A DNA stretch of 64,000 bases, from NCBI RefSeq assembly GCF_009914755.1, contig NC_060931.1. One strand, written 5' to 3'. This DNA is from the human T2T-CHM13v2.0 reference genome, Homo sapiens. Positions 1 to 19,600 of the stretch are shown piece by piece; position 1 is the stretch's first letter, and every line of letters starts with the position of its first letter. The position numbers were made by a program, and so were the translations under genes. The notes beneath the pieces are model-generated. The model was not told the DNA's origin. It saw only the letters and a list, made by a program, of their open reading frames with translations, and made no database searches.

Positions 1-4800
<4,800 letters not shown>

Positions 4801-5690
4801 TCTTGCTAAGTTTTGAAGAATTGACATCATGACAATGTTGAATTTTCCAAACTATGAATGTGGAACCTCTATATATTTAGGTATTTTAAATTTATCTTAG
4901 CAATATTTTGTAGTTCCAGACTACAGGTCTTTTGTACATCTTTAGTCAAATGTTTTTGTAGGTATTTAATAGTTTTACTGTTATTGTAAGTTATATTTTT
5001 AAAATTTCATTTTTCAGTAGTTTGTTGCCCATGTGTAGAAATAAATTTTTGTATATTAAATTTGTATCCAACAATATTTTTAAGCTCAATATTGAATCTA
5101 GAAGTTTATTTATAGAGATTTCTCAAATTTTCTATGTTAGACAATCATGCCATCTACAAATAAATAGAGTTTTACTTCTTCCATTCCAATTTTTACAAAT
5201 TTTATTTATTTTTCTTGCCTTATTGACCTCTCTATGATGTCAAATAGAAGTGTAATAGTGGACATAGTTGTCTTGTTTCCAGCCTCAGAAAGTGTTAACT
5301 ATTTCACTGTTTAATATAATGTTAACTGCAGGTGTTTTTGTAAATGTCATTTTTAGGTGAAGGAAGTCTCCTTATATTGATAGTTCACTGAAAGTTGTTA
5401 TTATGAATGGGTGTCAGTTTTTATCAATTTTCTTCTGCATCTCTTGAGATTGTATATGTTTTTCTGTTTTATTCTGTTAATGCAACAAGTTACATTGATT
5501 TTCAAAGTTGCATTCTTGGAATAAGTCCCACTTGGTCTTAATGAATTATTCTTGTAATTTATCACTGAGCTATATTACCTAATATTTTGTTTACGACTTT
5601 TGTGTCTATGTTCACGAGTGACATTGGCTTATAATTTTTCTTTCTTGTAAGTCTTTATCTGGTTTGGGGCTCAGTTTATGCTGGCTCATG
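4801..5690 (-). mobile_element. Old L1 ORF2 fragment (continuation of 1-650)
   Basis: gaattgacatcatgacaatgttgaattttcc ... ttgcattcttggaataagtcccacttggtc, typical antisense L1 ORF2. Confidence 0.7.
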
Positions 5691-6341
5691 AGATGATCCA
5701 GATTAATGTTAAATCGTGACTCTGTGCACATTAACTATTCTCAGCTGTGATTTCTGCAAATCAGTAGTTCATTATGAAAATAACAAATAAAATGTTCGAT
5801 TCGACTGGGATAAGTGTAGAAATCTGTGGGTCTCTATTTGATTCCAGATTAATAGAGTTTTATTTGTCTTTGGTGTTCTGACAGCCATGAAACCACCAAC
5901 CCGTTGCTTCTCCTCTTTCCCCATAAGAATGTCCTTGGAAATCACAAAATGTTTTGTTTCCCACATCTATAGATCTGTCCCTATGTGGGGGAAAGAAAAG
6001 AATGAGTAAACATTACTTCTCAGTGAACTTGTTCCTAAGGATCACTTTTTTAAAAAATCTTTTTTAAATGGGAGTAAGCTGTTATCTGCACAAAGCCCTT
6101 GGGGTGAAGTCCAGTCAACAGGGCTTCCCTTAGGAGATGTTCTCTAAACTGTGTTCATGAAAGTGAATAAGAGTTAGCAGGCAAAGGAGAAAGGGGGTTG
6201 GAGAGGGATCTAGAGTTTCAGAGAAAGAGAAAAACAGCTCACGAGAAGGACCACACCCTAGAGAGATGACATGGTCAAGGGTCTAACGGAATAATGCGAC
6301 ATCATCTCAACACTATGTGCCAAGGACTGTCCTGAAAGCTG

Positions 6342-6834
6342 TGTCATAAATAAAGTTTTGGTGCCGCAAAAGAAATAGCACTCAAATATAAAATTTTCTT
6401 TTTAATTCTCAGCAAGGCAAGTTACTTCTATAGAAGGGTGCGCCCTTACAGATGGAGCAATGGTGAGCGCACACTTGGACAAGGGAGGGGAAGGGGTTCT
6501 TATCCCTGACGCACGTGGCCCCTGCTGTTCTGTCGTTCCCCTATTGGCTGGGGTTAGACCACACAGGCTAAACTAATTCCGATTGGCTAATTTATGTGAT
6601 GGAGTGATGGCTAATTTAGTGATGGAGTGGGTGGTTTCGTGGGAAAAATGGCTATGACAGAGCATGTAATAGGAATGAGTCAGGGTGGAGCAGGTGATTG
6701 GAATGAGTCAGGGTGGAGCAGGTAATCGAAAAAGGTTGCTTTATGAGGAAGTTAAGTTTAAAAGTAGAAGGCAAAAAATTGAACATACTGACATATTGAT
6801 TCTTTGAAAAGAAATTTAGAACTCATATCTAACA
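6342..6834 (-). mobile_element. LTR10 (A/F-like, HERV-IP10) solo LTR
   Basis: Minus strand begins TGTTAGATATGAGTTCTAAATTTCTTTTCAAAGAATC; TG...CA ends; near-TSD gctg/gcta; 28-bp internal repeats carrying TGAGTCA. Confidence 0.85.
6676..6710. promoter_or_regulatory. Two consensus AP-1 sites (TGAGTCA) 28 bp apart within LTR10
   Basis: TGAGTCA at 6676-6682 and 6704-6710; activity not shown. Confidence 0.55.
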
Positions 6835-6859
6835 GCTATAAATGTATTAACTGCATTCA

Positions 6860-7608
6860 TCATTCCGACTGCTCAGTCCAAAACCCTTGGAGTCATCCTT
6901 GACTCCTGTCTTTCTCTCTCCCACCTCATATCCAATCCATCAGGAAATCCTGTTGGCTCTACCTTCAAAGCATGCCAGGCTGATCATTTCTCCCGGTATC
7001 TGTGTCCAGCTCCCTGGCCTGAGCCTCCACCCCCGCTCTCTCCTGGCCACTGTGCTTCCTCCTGACGGCGCTCCCTGCCTCCACTCTGGCTCCTCACAGT
7101 TGATTCTCAACACCAAACAGCGAGATTCTTTAAAACAGAAGTCAGCTCAAGATATGTCTCTGTTCAAAACTCTGCTATGACTACCTGTGTCTTGTGGAGT
7201 ACAAATCCTACCAAGATTCTGGAGGCCCTCCACACACAGGCCCCCATGCCCTCTCTGGCCTGCCTCCATCCCTCCCCTCCAGCCGCGCCACATCCTTAAG
7301 GGTCCTCACGCACATGATGCCTTTGCTGTAATGGTTCCCATGCCCACCAAACCCCCAGCTCCTTCAAGGCTTTGCACTAATCTCACCTATGCAGGAGCCC
7401 AGTGCCAACTGACCAATTTAATAACACACCTCGCCCCATCCCACTGTACCGTCCAGTGTATTTCTCATGCTTATTGTCCACCTTCTCCCACTAGAATGCA
7501 AGCTCTGTGAGGACACGGAGCTTCATTTTGTTCACAGAGGTATCCTCAGCACCTAAATCATGGCCTAGCACATACCAGGCACTGAATAAATATTTGTGAA
7601 GTGAGTGA
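6860..7608 (+). mobile_element. L2 3' fragment
   Basis: cttggagtcatccttgactcc ... ctagaatgcaagctctgtgagg ... aataaatatttgtgaagtgagtga. Confidence 0.75.
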
Positions 7609-7770
7609 AGCCTCACAACTATCCTAAGAGGTCGGTAGCGTTATTATCCCCATTTTACAGATTGAGAAACTGTAGAGAGGTCAAACCAGAGAGGTCAGCT
7701 CTCAAAGTCACATGGAGCCAATATTTGAACCCAGGCATCTGACTCTAGAGGCAATGTTCTTAACCACTGC
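7609..7770 (-). mobile_element. MIR (other part at ~6310-6341 and 6835-6860)
   Basis: cctcacaac ... attatccccattttacagattgagaaactg ... atttgaacccaggcatctgactctagag core. Confidence 0.7.
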
Positions 7771-8187
7771 ATTATCCTGGCAAGCCCAAAGTAGCAAATG
7801 CAACCCGAGCTTCCAGAAGGCCCTGTGACTTCAGACTATATAAGGGATTGGGAAGTTAAGGCACTCCTTCAGGCTTTGTGTTCAGAAAGGGGTGGGGAAC
7901 TGGCCAGCACATACCAGGCCTCATAAAACAAGTTAGGGAGTTTGCACCAGGATAGGGCTAGATTTGTCTTTAGAAAGATCCCACTGACTACAGGGTGGAG
8001 TACGGATGGGTGTGACAAGGCTGCGGGCAGGGAAATCAGTTAGGGGCTGAGATAATGGTGACCTCAGCCAGGGTGGCAGCTGTGGGGATGGAAAGAGTTG
8101 GCCAAAGAGAGATTTAATAATTGTGACTGACAGGATTGTAGTTGAGAGAGAGAGAACAACTCCTAGGTTTGGGGTTTGGGTTAGTTT

Positions 8188-8498
8188 TGGTTTTTCAAGC
8201 TTTTTTGACTATGATCTACAGTAAGAAACACATTCACATTTTGATACAGAATACACACACACACATACACACATACACACGCATACATGTACATACACAC
8301 ATACACACACATGCATACACACACACACATATCTTGAACAAGTTCAATAACCACAGAATACTTTCCCTGACGTTAAATGCTCCTCTGTGTTTCCTAATCT
8401 TGTCTATCTCTTGTCTCTTTCTCTCCTTTTTTTAAATGCTGGTTGCCACTCATGACATTGATTTCATGACTGATCATGGCTTGCAGTCTGGAAGCCCT
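8188..8498 (-). mobile_element. MER103C-like hAT element containing an imperfect (CA)n
   Basis: tttcaagcttttttgac...cagtaagaaacacatt ... ttttttaaatgctggttgc; related to the copy at 60123-60377. Confidence 0.6.
8252..8328. repeat. Imperfect (CA/TA)n microsatellite
   Basis: Direct reading. Confidence 0.9.
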
Positions 8499-8650
8499 TG
8501 ACCAGAGAGTGATTGGAGGCTTGGGACACAGCTAGGCTGACAGACAGGAGCCTCGAAAGCTGTGTCCCTGGACCTCCTTTCTGCAGAGTCCCCTTCCTGC
8601 ATGACATACACAGTCTGGCTCCCATCACACTTACCAGTCTCGTTACTCAT

Positions 8651-9006
8651 TGAATTAGTCCATTTTCACACTGCTGATAAAGACATACCTGAGACTGGCA
8701 ATTTACAAAAGAAAGGGGTAATGGACTCACAGTTCCACGTGGCTGGGGAGGCCTACCAAACATGGCAGAAGGTGAAAGGCACGCCTCACATGGCAGCAGA
8801 CAAGAGAAGAGGACCTGTGCAGGGAAACTCCCCTTTATAAAACCATCAGATCTTGTAAGACTTATTCACTACCACGAGAACAACATAGGAAAGACGTGAC
8901 CCCATGATTCAATTTCCTCCCACCAGGTCCCTCCCACCACACGTGGGAATTGTGGGAGCTACAATTCAAGATGAGATGTGGGTGGGGACACAACCAAACC
9001 ATATCA
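8651..9006 (-). mobile_element. THE1 (MaLR) solo LTR
   Basis: tgaattagtccattttcacactgctgataaagacatacc ... aaaccatatca; 5-bp TSD CTCAT. Confidence 0.9.
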
Positions 9007-9094
9007 CTCATTCCTTTGGGGAAAATCCTTTGTCTCTTTCAAGGCATCTCTCAGTAAGTCTCATCAATGAATATATGTGGACAAGCAGGAGGTG

Positions 9095-9448
<354 letters not shown>

Positions 9449-9947
9449 CAATGTGTAGGCAAACTAATAGAAAAAAGAGTGTCTGGAGTGGCTTTCCAGA
9501 CATGAAGTCTCAGGGTTGAAAGAGTCCTTGGAAGGCTTTTAGACCAAACCCCTCTGCATGCTCAAGCCTTGGGTACAGGATTTCTAAGAAGTGGAACAGT
9601 CTCCAGGGGTGTGGAGCTCATCGCTCAAGGCAGGTTATCTTATCTGAATAATTTTGTCTGTTGACTATTGGGATAGTTCTCCTTCAGATGAGCTGAAATT
9701 TTCTCCATAGCTTCCTCTATTAAACCCAATTCCACTTCTCAGGGTCACAAAAAAAAAAACAAAACCTAAATTCCCTCTCCCATGCAGTATGTATTCAATA
9801 AATATTTATTAGGCATATGCCTAAGTACCACTGTCTGATCTTCCAAATCTTCTCTTTTCCAGTTAAAAATTCCAAATCTGACAACTATTTCTTAAATGAC
9901 ATGATTCAATGTCCCCTTACCATCTGACTGCTCTTTTGAAATCATCA

Positions 9948-10443
<496 letters not shown>

Positions 10444-11396
10444 CTACATTTGTCTTTCAGGTGCAAGACAAAAAATAGTGTAAATTCACCCTTAAGTCTT
10501 AAGGATAGGTACGAGATCCAATCAGCCTTCACTCTTATCTCTAATTTATTCTGTCTCATCAGAACCAGAAAACATCACTGCACTTTCCTTGGAGGTAAGT
10601 GCTTTATTCCATGTAGTGTGCCACAGGACTGCATCTTGCCACTACATAAATACACATAATATATGATTTCCTCCTTCAACTCTGGAACCTAAACAAATGG
10701 ATTATGTTCCCCAAATTCCATAAAGCCATAATTCTGTTGAGTGGCCATGGCGCTCCCAAAGAATTTCTTTCTAAATATAGAGAGGTATTCCTCTGCAGAA
10801 AAAAATATCCCAGCATCTTGGTTCTAATATATAATTAACTCCTCTCTAGATACTTTGCAGTTACGTTTTATGGCTTATTTTGAGTGTTCATATTTTATCA
10901 GAAAATTATAATTTTCCTCTAAATAGGAGTTTTTACAAGGCTTTTGAATTCTGATGACTGGCTTCATGTTTCAGCTATAATTAAAACAGTGAAATGAAAT
11001 AGCATCACCATGCATCACATGTGGTTCTGAGACTGCTTGGTCCCCCAACCGCCTGTCTCCCCACACCCCGCAACCTGCAGGCTGGGGACACTCTGACCAA
11101 TGGTGGGGGCTCCAGTTTTGACCACTTAGTGGGACAGCTGGTTTTAGAAAGAAACAGAATGGCCTGAGAAGAAGGGATGAGGAGACCAAAGTCCTCACCT
11201 CGGAGAAGCCTCCCAAATATGTCCCCCACCGATGTCCCACCTTGCCCCATTTTCCTTCCAGGAAAATATACTTTCTCCAAGAAATACACTTTCCCTCCAG
11301 GAAAATTCACTTTCCATCTAGTTGTTAGCTTATGAGCTTACTCTCTGCTTCCCCTCTAGACTGCCAACTCCATGAGGGCCAATGCAAAGTCTTTTT

Positions 11397-11779
<383 letters not shown>

Positions 11780-12035
11780 TAGGCTGGGGGTTTAAACAAT
11801 AGAAATTGCTTTTCCCACAGTGCTGGAGATCAGAAGCCTGAAGTCAAGGTGTCAGCAGTGTTGGTTTCTCCGGAAGCCTCTCTCTTTGGCTTGTGCATGG
11901 CTGTCTTCTCCCTATATCCTCACATGGTCTTCCCTTTGTGTGTGTCTGTGTCCCAATCTCCTCTTCTAATAAGCACACCAGTCATGTTGGATTAGGGCCC
12001 ACCCTAATGACCTTATTTTACCTTAATTACCTCTT

Positions 12036-12324
<289 letters not shown>

Positions 12325-12357
12325 TAATTACCTCTTCAAAGACCTTATCTCCAAATA

Positions 12358-12695
12358 CAGCCATCCCTCAGTAGCTCGTGGGATAGGTTCCGGGACCCAC
12401 CCTTGCTCAGGACACCAAAATTTGTGGATGCTTAAGTTTCTGACATAAAATGGCATAGTATTTGCATATAACCTATGTACATCCTTCTGTATGCTTTAAA
12501 TCAGCTCTGGATTACTTATAATACCTCATACAATGCCTACACATCACTTTATGTACATGGATTCAATGTAGTTCTCTGGACAGAGCAAATTCAAGTTTTG
12601 CTTTTTGGAACTTGGTGGAATTTTTTCTGAATATTTTTGATTCAGAATTGGTTGAATCCACAGATGCAGAACGCCCAGATATAGAAGGCTGACTG
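12358..12695 (+). mobile_element. MER2B-like Tigger MITE inside MLT1A
   Basis: TA|CAG...GACTG|CA ends; aaaatggcatagtatttgcatataaccta core. Confidence 0.8.
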
Positions 12696-13304
12696 CACAG
12701 TCACATTCCGAGGTTCTTGGGGTCAGGATTTAAACATATGAAGTTTGGGGTGGGGGGCCGAATTCATCCCATAACACAGTATTAGGCTATCAACCACTGT
12801 TTGCTGACTGAGAAAAAAATGAATGACCAATAGAACACAGAAACATTATGGCAGGCATGCTCCTGGAAGCAGTTCTCCTGGCACACGCTTCTGAAGGCCT
12901 TTCCTTTTTCCCCCTTCCCTCTCCCTCCACCCATACAAGGGTCCAGACGAGTGAGTCTTCTGTCAACTTCGGGTCCAACCTAACCAATCCAGTCACACAA
13001 AACCCTGTGCCATGAACTTCAGACATGATACTAATTCCCAGGAAAGACTAGGCCATCTCCAGGAAGCCTTCCTTGTTTGTCTTCAGGGAACCCCTGCTCA
13101 GTAGGGGGACTGCAGAACACACAGAAGCCATTGAGTTGTCTCTATGATGATGACCACATCGCAGCAGGGTACAGCTGAGCCACCAGAGCTTGCCCATCTG
13201 CTCCCTCTGGGCCCCGCCATGATTCTTTCTATCACTGCCTGTAAGCCTTTATAGTCTTCCTCTCTCTCCTTGCAAGAGAAACCTCCTAACTTGTTGGCCA
13301 CTGA

Positions 13305-13688
<384 letters not shown>

Positions 13689-13844
13689 TGAGCGTCTTTC
13701 GTCTCTCCAGCCTCCCATATCCCCACTTGCCATAAATGAACTGTGAGTCAACAAGTACACAGGGCATTCGCCTGTGTCCAGAGACAGAGCTTGAGGTGCT
13801 TTGGGGGCCCCAGGAGACAACTGCAACAGTGTCTGTTGGACTGT

Positions 13845-13990
13845 CATGCATAATGGATCACCTAGGGATCTGGCTACAAAGCAGGCTCTGATTCAAGAGG
13901 GCCAGGGTGGCCTAAGAATCTGCATTTATAACACCCGGCCAGGTAATTTCGTTGTTACTGGACAATGAACCACACTTTACATAGCAAGAA
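13845..13990. mobile_element. MER5A-like hAT MITE
   Basis: atcacctaggga ... ctgattca ... aagaatctgcatttataaca ... gaaccacacttt. Confidence 0.6.
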
Positions 13991-14844
13991 ACTAGAGAAC
14001 AGCATGAAACAAAGGTGACCTACCAATCAAGTCTTAAATAGGGAGGTGATTGCAGTGAATGACTGGGGAGGAGTGGGCGATCATGTCAGGCAGGGACACC
14101 CAGGTTAACCTCTAGGCCAAGTTCAAGGGAAGGGCAGGCTCCACAGGATGCTACCAGCTCTCTAAGGCCCTGGACACTCTCCTTTCCCTACTGAGTGACT
14201 CACTCTTTCCTATCAGCTGTGCACCCAAAACCGGGTGTTTGTACAGCCTCCAGACCAATTTCTCACACAACAGATCCTGACTGCTGTGTTTTGTATCTAA
14301 GCCTGACAGCCCCCTCAATTGCTGGTCTGGCTTTGGTGTTTGCTGTTCTGAATTGTGCAACCACAAGGGAGAGAGAACTTGAGCCCTTATGATGTGAAGG
14401 GGCTAAGGGGCTTCTTTAGTTCCAGTCTCAGGTACACAGGCATCTCTAGAGCAAGGGAGCTTCCAAAGCTTGGCTTGAGTGCCCTGGGCTTCTGCCATCC
14501 ACCCTGTCTGGATGTTCCAGAGTAGCCTGTCTTCAGTTCAATAAAAATGAAAGCTACTTTTAGCTTAAGCTCAAGATGCTCATCCATATGGTCCTGATTG
14601 AATTCCTATAAATCTTCTGAAGTCCCCCAGAAGAGGAGGGGGTTCCACACCTCATTATATCCAATTAAACTCACTCAGAAGCTAGTGATCCCCCCATTTT
14701 TATGAGGTTTTGATTTGCATTTCCATGGGTAGCTGTTGGTGTTTGGGGGCAGAGCCTGTCTCTGTATGCAGCACCTGCTCACACTCACACAGCTCAGAGT
14801 CAGGTACCAAGGGTTGCCTGTTTAGACTAACACACTGCCTCTTC

Positions 14845-14990
14845 ACCACATTCCTGCGAGATAAATACCATCATCCTTATTATTACCATCCCATTTTACA
14901 GAGGAGGAAACTAGGCACGGAGAGATTAAGTAGCGTGCTCCAAGTCTCATAGCTAGTAAGCAGCAGAGCCAAAATCAGAATCCAGCTCCG
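14845..14990 (-). mobile_element. MIR
   Basis: cccattttacagaggaggaaactaggcacggagagattaagt core. Confidence 0.7.
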
Positions 14991-16292
14991 GAGCGCTCTT
15001 CACCTCTCTGCCTGACTGCTTGCTACCTCCATGTGATTTTCCAGTGGTGCTCGGAGGCCACGTAGGACTGTGCCAGGGGCTGTCTGGAGGATGCAGGAAG
15101 GGGAAGTGTAGCAAATGGGGCCTCGGTGGAAAGCTGGGGGGCGGGGGAGGGTCAGAAGCAAAACTTCTCTATTTTCTGCCTAAGTTTGGAACCAACTGAG
15201 GTATGGAAAGAGGTTTTAGGCAAAGGAAATAAAATTTTCTCTTATCTTACTGGTAAAGCTGTTTGAAAAATAGAGTCCCCATCTGATCACATGGGCTTGC
15301 TATGCTAATACTTCACCCAGAATGGGACAATTGCAGGGGGGTGGCAGATGCCATCGGGGCTGGCCCGCGGCCCACATGTGCTCAATTCCTTCCTCCAAGA
15401 CTGGGTCTGATACAGTGTAGACAGCAGGAGATGGAGAGTGACTTAGATGCAGCGGTTGGCCAGTGGGGCCCACCGGGATCACTTGGGGGGCTTTGAAAAC
15501 TGTTGCTGCCTGGGTCCCACACCTAGAAATTCTCATTCGCTTGGTTTGCTTTGGGATGCAGCCTGGGTTTGAGGATATTTTTTTCAGGCTCCCCAGGTGA
15601 TTGTCACGTAAAGCCAGTATTGGGAACCACCACCAGTAGAAGTTCCCCACAAGGACATGAGAGGAAAGGGGCACCTGCTTCCACTGCAACAATTAGCCCT
15701 GCTCACATTGATCTCTGTTATCTATTGAGGATTCACAGGAGAATGTGAAGGAAGGGCCTGCATCTTAAAGCTAGAAACCACTGCTCTAAACCATGTAGAC
15801 TAGCTGCCTGGAGTGTGCCCCTTTATCACATCCAGCCACTAAAAGGTTGAGTCAGCCAAGAGAAGACCGGGGGAAGAGAGGAGAGGTAGGTGAGCCTAGG
15901 GCTGGCATCACTAGCGTATATGTCTGTATTCAAAAGCAATGGCTTCATGGCACTATAGAAGTAGAAAGAACCTCATGTGTGAAAAAGAAATTGGTAAAGA
16001 GTATCTGAGAAAAGAAGAAAAGAGAAAGAAGAAAAGGAAGCAAGGAAAGGAAAATAAGGTTTAGCAGTCCTGGGCTATGATTCTTTGATAAGGAATTTTA
16101 TCATGGTCTAGATTCCTTTAACCCCTTACAGGGGATACTCCAGAAAGTGACACATTGTCGTTTCCCAAGCAAATCCAGTGCTCCTGGAGTCCAGTCTTCT
16201 CCCTCTAGTCCAGAAATCAAATGCATAGTGCCTGAATTAATTGCAGAAAATAGAGTTCCTCAATATGTCCACGGCATTAAGATGCCAAGAGA

Positions 16293-16603
16293 AGCCAGGC
16301 AAGGTGGCTCACGCCTGTAATCCCAGCACTTTGGGAGGCCGAAGCGGGTGGATCACCTGAGGTCAGGAGTTCAAGACCAGCTTGATCAACATGGTGAAAC
16401 CCTGTCTCTACTAAGAATACAAAAAGTAGCCAGTGTGGTGGCAGGCACCTGTAACCCCAGCTACTCAGGACCCTGAGGCAGGAGAATCGCTTGAATCCAG
16501 GAGGCAGAGGTTGCAGTAAGCCAAGATCATACCACTGCACTCTAGCCTTGGTGACAGAGTAAGACTCCAGACTCCATCTCAAAAAAAAAAAAAAAAAAAA
16601 AAA
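16293..16603 (+). mobile_element. Alu, Sx-like
   Basis: Full dimer, A23 tail, TSD core GCCAAGAG. Confidence 0.92.
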
Positions 16604-19600
16604 GCCAAGAGGTAGAGAGAGATTTCATAGAGCCCATTATTTACCATACACTATCAATAACCTTGAAATTCCCTTGAAAGGCATTTTTTTCTACTCCATA
16701 TAGTTCAATTTAGGTTCTTGGGTTTGCGTTTGAAAGGATTCCATCCCAGAGGCAGGAGAAGTTAACTTTTTCCCCACCTCTGGGGATTTTAGACCTGGCG
16801 AGTTGAAGTTTACTGGAAGGCCCCTAAGGAGACCCTTCAAGAAGAAGTTGGCTGTGCAGATGGCACTCAGGTGGGAGGGGGAAGAAAGATGGTCTTCAAA
16901 ACACAGAGACGTGTAGCATATGTGTTAGATATGGTTCTGGGGAGAACCATATTTAAGGGAGGAGCGGAGGAGAAACCTATAAAGAAGACTCAGGAAGAAC
17001 AGCCTGAAATGGAAACCAGCAGAATGTGGAAGGGGAAAGCATTTCAAAGAGGAAGGAGCAGCCAGAGGTGTTAAATGCTGCTCACATGGAAAGAAACACG
17101 AGGACGAAAAAGTGCACAGCAAAGATAATATTTCTGAAACGTGAAACCAATGTATGTCTGTTTCATGCTCCATAGATCGTGTTCCCTGTAATTTTCCCGC
17201 ACCCGCGGAATCAATGGCACCAGTGGGTGCTCCTGAAGGTGCCTCTGAGGAAGACAGTAGGTGCCATCCAGAACAAGGAAGTAGTTGCTTGATTTTGAAC
17301 TGTACGTTAGCAAGCTTTATTAGGAGAGGAAAGAGTTTTCCTAATTCCAAAAGCAGCTCCCCTTTGCATATGAAGAGCAGAGGGTTTGAGGCTCTAAGCC
17401 ATGGTGTAGACAGGATGCAGGAAATGACAGGGGGGCTGCTTCTGGGCTGTGGAAGATGGGTGGAGGGGACAAAATGAGAAGTGTCCTATATTCCTCCCCA
17501 AAACCTCCTGGTTTCTGGATGCTTCCTCAAACTTTAATCTCCCAGCTGCCTTTGTTCTCTAAGTCACTGGTTCTCAAACCTTGTGGGACCAAGGGCTGCA
17601 TGAGAATCACCTAGGACCCTTGTTAAAAATACATAATTTCAGCCACCTCAAGATCTATATAGTCAGAATTTCTAAGGGTAACTGAGAATTCGCATGTCAC
17701 GAGTTCCCTGGAAAGATTCTGCTGAGAGCCAGCGTGGAAAGCCCCGGCACAGTGAGTGTTCCTGTTGGTCCTCTCTCTGACCACCTCAGACTGACTACAT
17801 CTCCAGGCTCGAAGGACCTGGCCCCTGAACCCCCACCCTCCACTGCTTTATTTTTCTCTGTGGAACTATCACCAGCTAACATTCCATTTTGTTTACCTGT
17901 TTATTGTATGTCCCCTTCTGCTAGATGGATGCTTCAGGAGGACAAAGTCTTTTTGCTTTTTTCTTATTTTCTTTATTGTTAACTGCACACACTAGGTACA
18001 TAATAGACATTCAGGAACAATTAATGAATGGATGTATGAAGAATCAAAGAACCGAGAAGCTTTCTACCTATTCTGCCTAAGGATACATGATGAAACTAAG
18101 CTAAAAAAATGAAAGGGAAATAATTCTATCAAGAAAAAATTAAATAAGAGGATACAGCAAACTGGCTTTTCCTTTAGAGAGTCACCAATATATACACATA
18201 TACGTATACACATACAAAAAGTCACAGACACAAAGAGGGAAATGAGCCACAGTGTTAGGAGATAGCTCAGAGACTCTGAGCCACAGATACTCGGCTGTGG
18301 GTACCTGAGTCAGTTTTCCTGGAAATAGCTTTGAAATACCAGCATCTCTAGTCCTTTCTGAATTTGTAAGTAGTCTTTGGACTTTTGTTATCAAACATCA
18401 GAGTTTATTCTTGAAATAAAAGTTTGTTTCCCCTTGGAATTCTGAGGCTTTCTCCTTTAGAACCTTGGCAGCCTAAGTCCCTCTCTACCTGTGTCTTTAA
18501 GTATGGTCAATATTCAAAAGCTTTGGATGGCGTTGTCTTCGTTTATGCGGATATTAGGTTGCCTCAGTCAACAATGCTTGAAAATGGCTTTAAAATGAGC
18601 ATCATATCATGAAGCCATATTTGTATTTAAATTAAAATTGTTTTTTTTTTTTGGTCTATGTCATACCAGGGATAATATAGAGCAACAGAGAACCAGGGAA
18701 AATGTGATTCATGCATCTCCAAGTCAGGAAAAAGAGACTATTGGAATCATAGCCAGCGACAAACAAGTTATTGGGATTTATAGAAAAGGATGGCTGAGCA
18801 TTCCTGGAAAAACAACTGACTTTTTGTTGTTGTTGCTGTTGTTAGGGAAGATTTTGTCTGCTTAACTGGCCAGAGTTTTCACTCCATCCCCCGAAGAATT
18901 GACGTTTTAAAAAGCACAACTGTAGATTTAGATTTTCACAGTCTTTTGCTAGATTCTTTACCAAAGACTATTAGTGAGTAGTAACCCTGGGATTGTATAA
19001 AACTTTATTAAGGATGAGGGAATAAATAGGTTTAATTTCAGGAAATAAAACTGGGGCTAAATTAGTACTTCTCTGACGGAAAATGTATAAATAATGTGAT
19101 CCCCTGGGGACCCAGGTTAGCACTAGATTTATTTTTAAATTTTATAACTCATCTGAAAGAGAGAGAACACAGTGGAATCTATATATTTGTATATTCCTCT
19201 AAGCTGTTCTGATTTGAAAGATATTAAATCAATAGGAATAACTTTCTGAGACTCTTGTAAGATTGCATAAGTCAGCACAAAAGTGGCAGGTAACCTTCAG
19301 TGTAAGCAAGAATAAAAGAATACATTTAGGAGAAAGGCATCTAAACTGTACTTATATGATGATGAATTTCAAGCTATGAATTACTACCAGGGAAAAGGAT
19401 TTGAAATATGGAGGACCGAAAAGGCCCCATAGTCAAATAATTTGGTGAAATATTACAAACTATATTCTTCAAGATTCACCATGTACCTGAGCATATGAAA
19501 GGCTTGAGAAAGGCCTGCAGTAAAGAAACCTGCTTAACTTTGTTTATTCTGGGCTCAAATAGGTTTTCAAAAGGAGAGAACGTGGGTTGTTAACTTCCTG

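Noticed and set aside
8736-8752. PRDM9 hotspot motif in the THE1 LTRs (also ~54860-54875)
   Set aside because: Both read CCTCCCCAGCCA on the minus strand, lacking the T of the hotspot-associated CCTCCCT form
15117-15151. G-quadruplex / GC-box promoter
   Set aside because: Only three close G-runs plus a distant fourth; no CpG island or other promoter evidence
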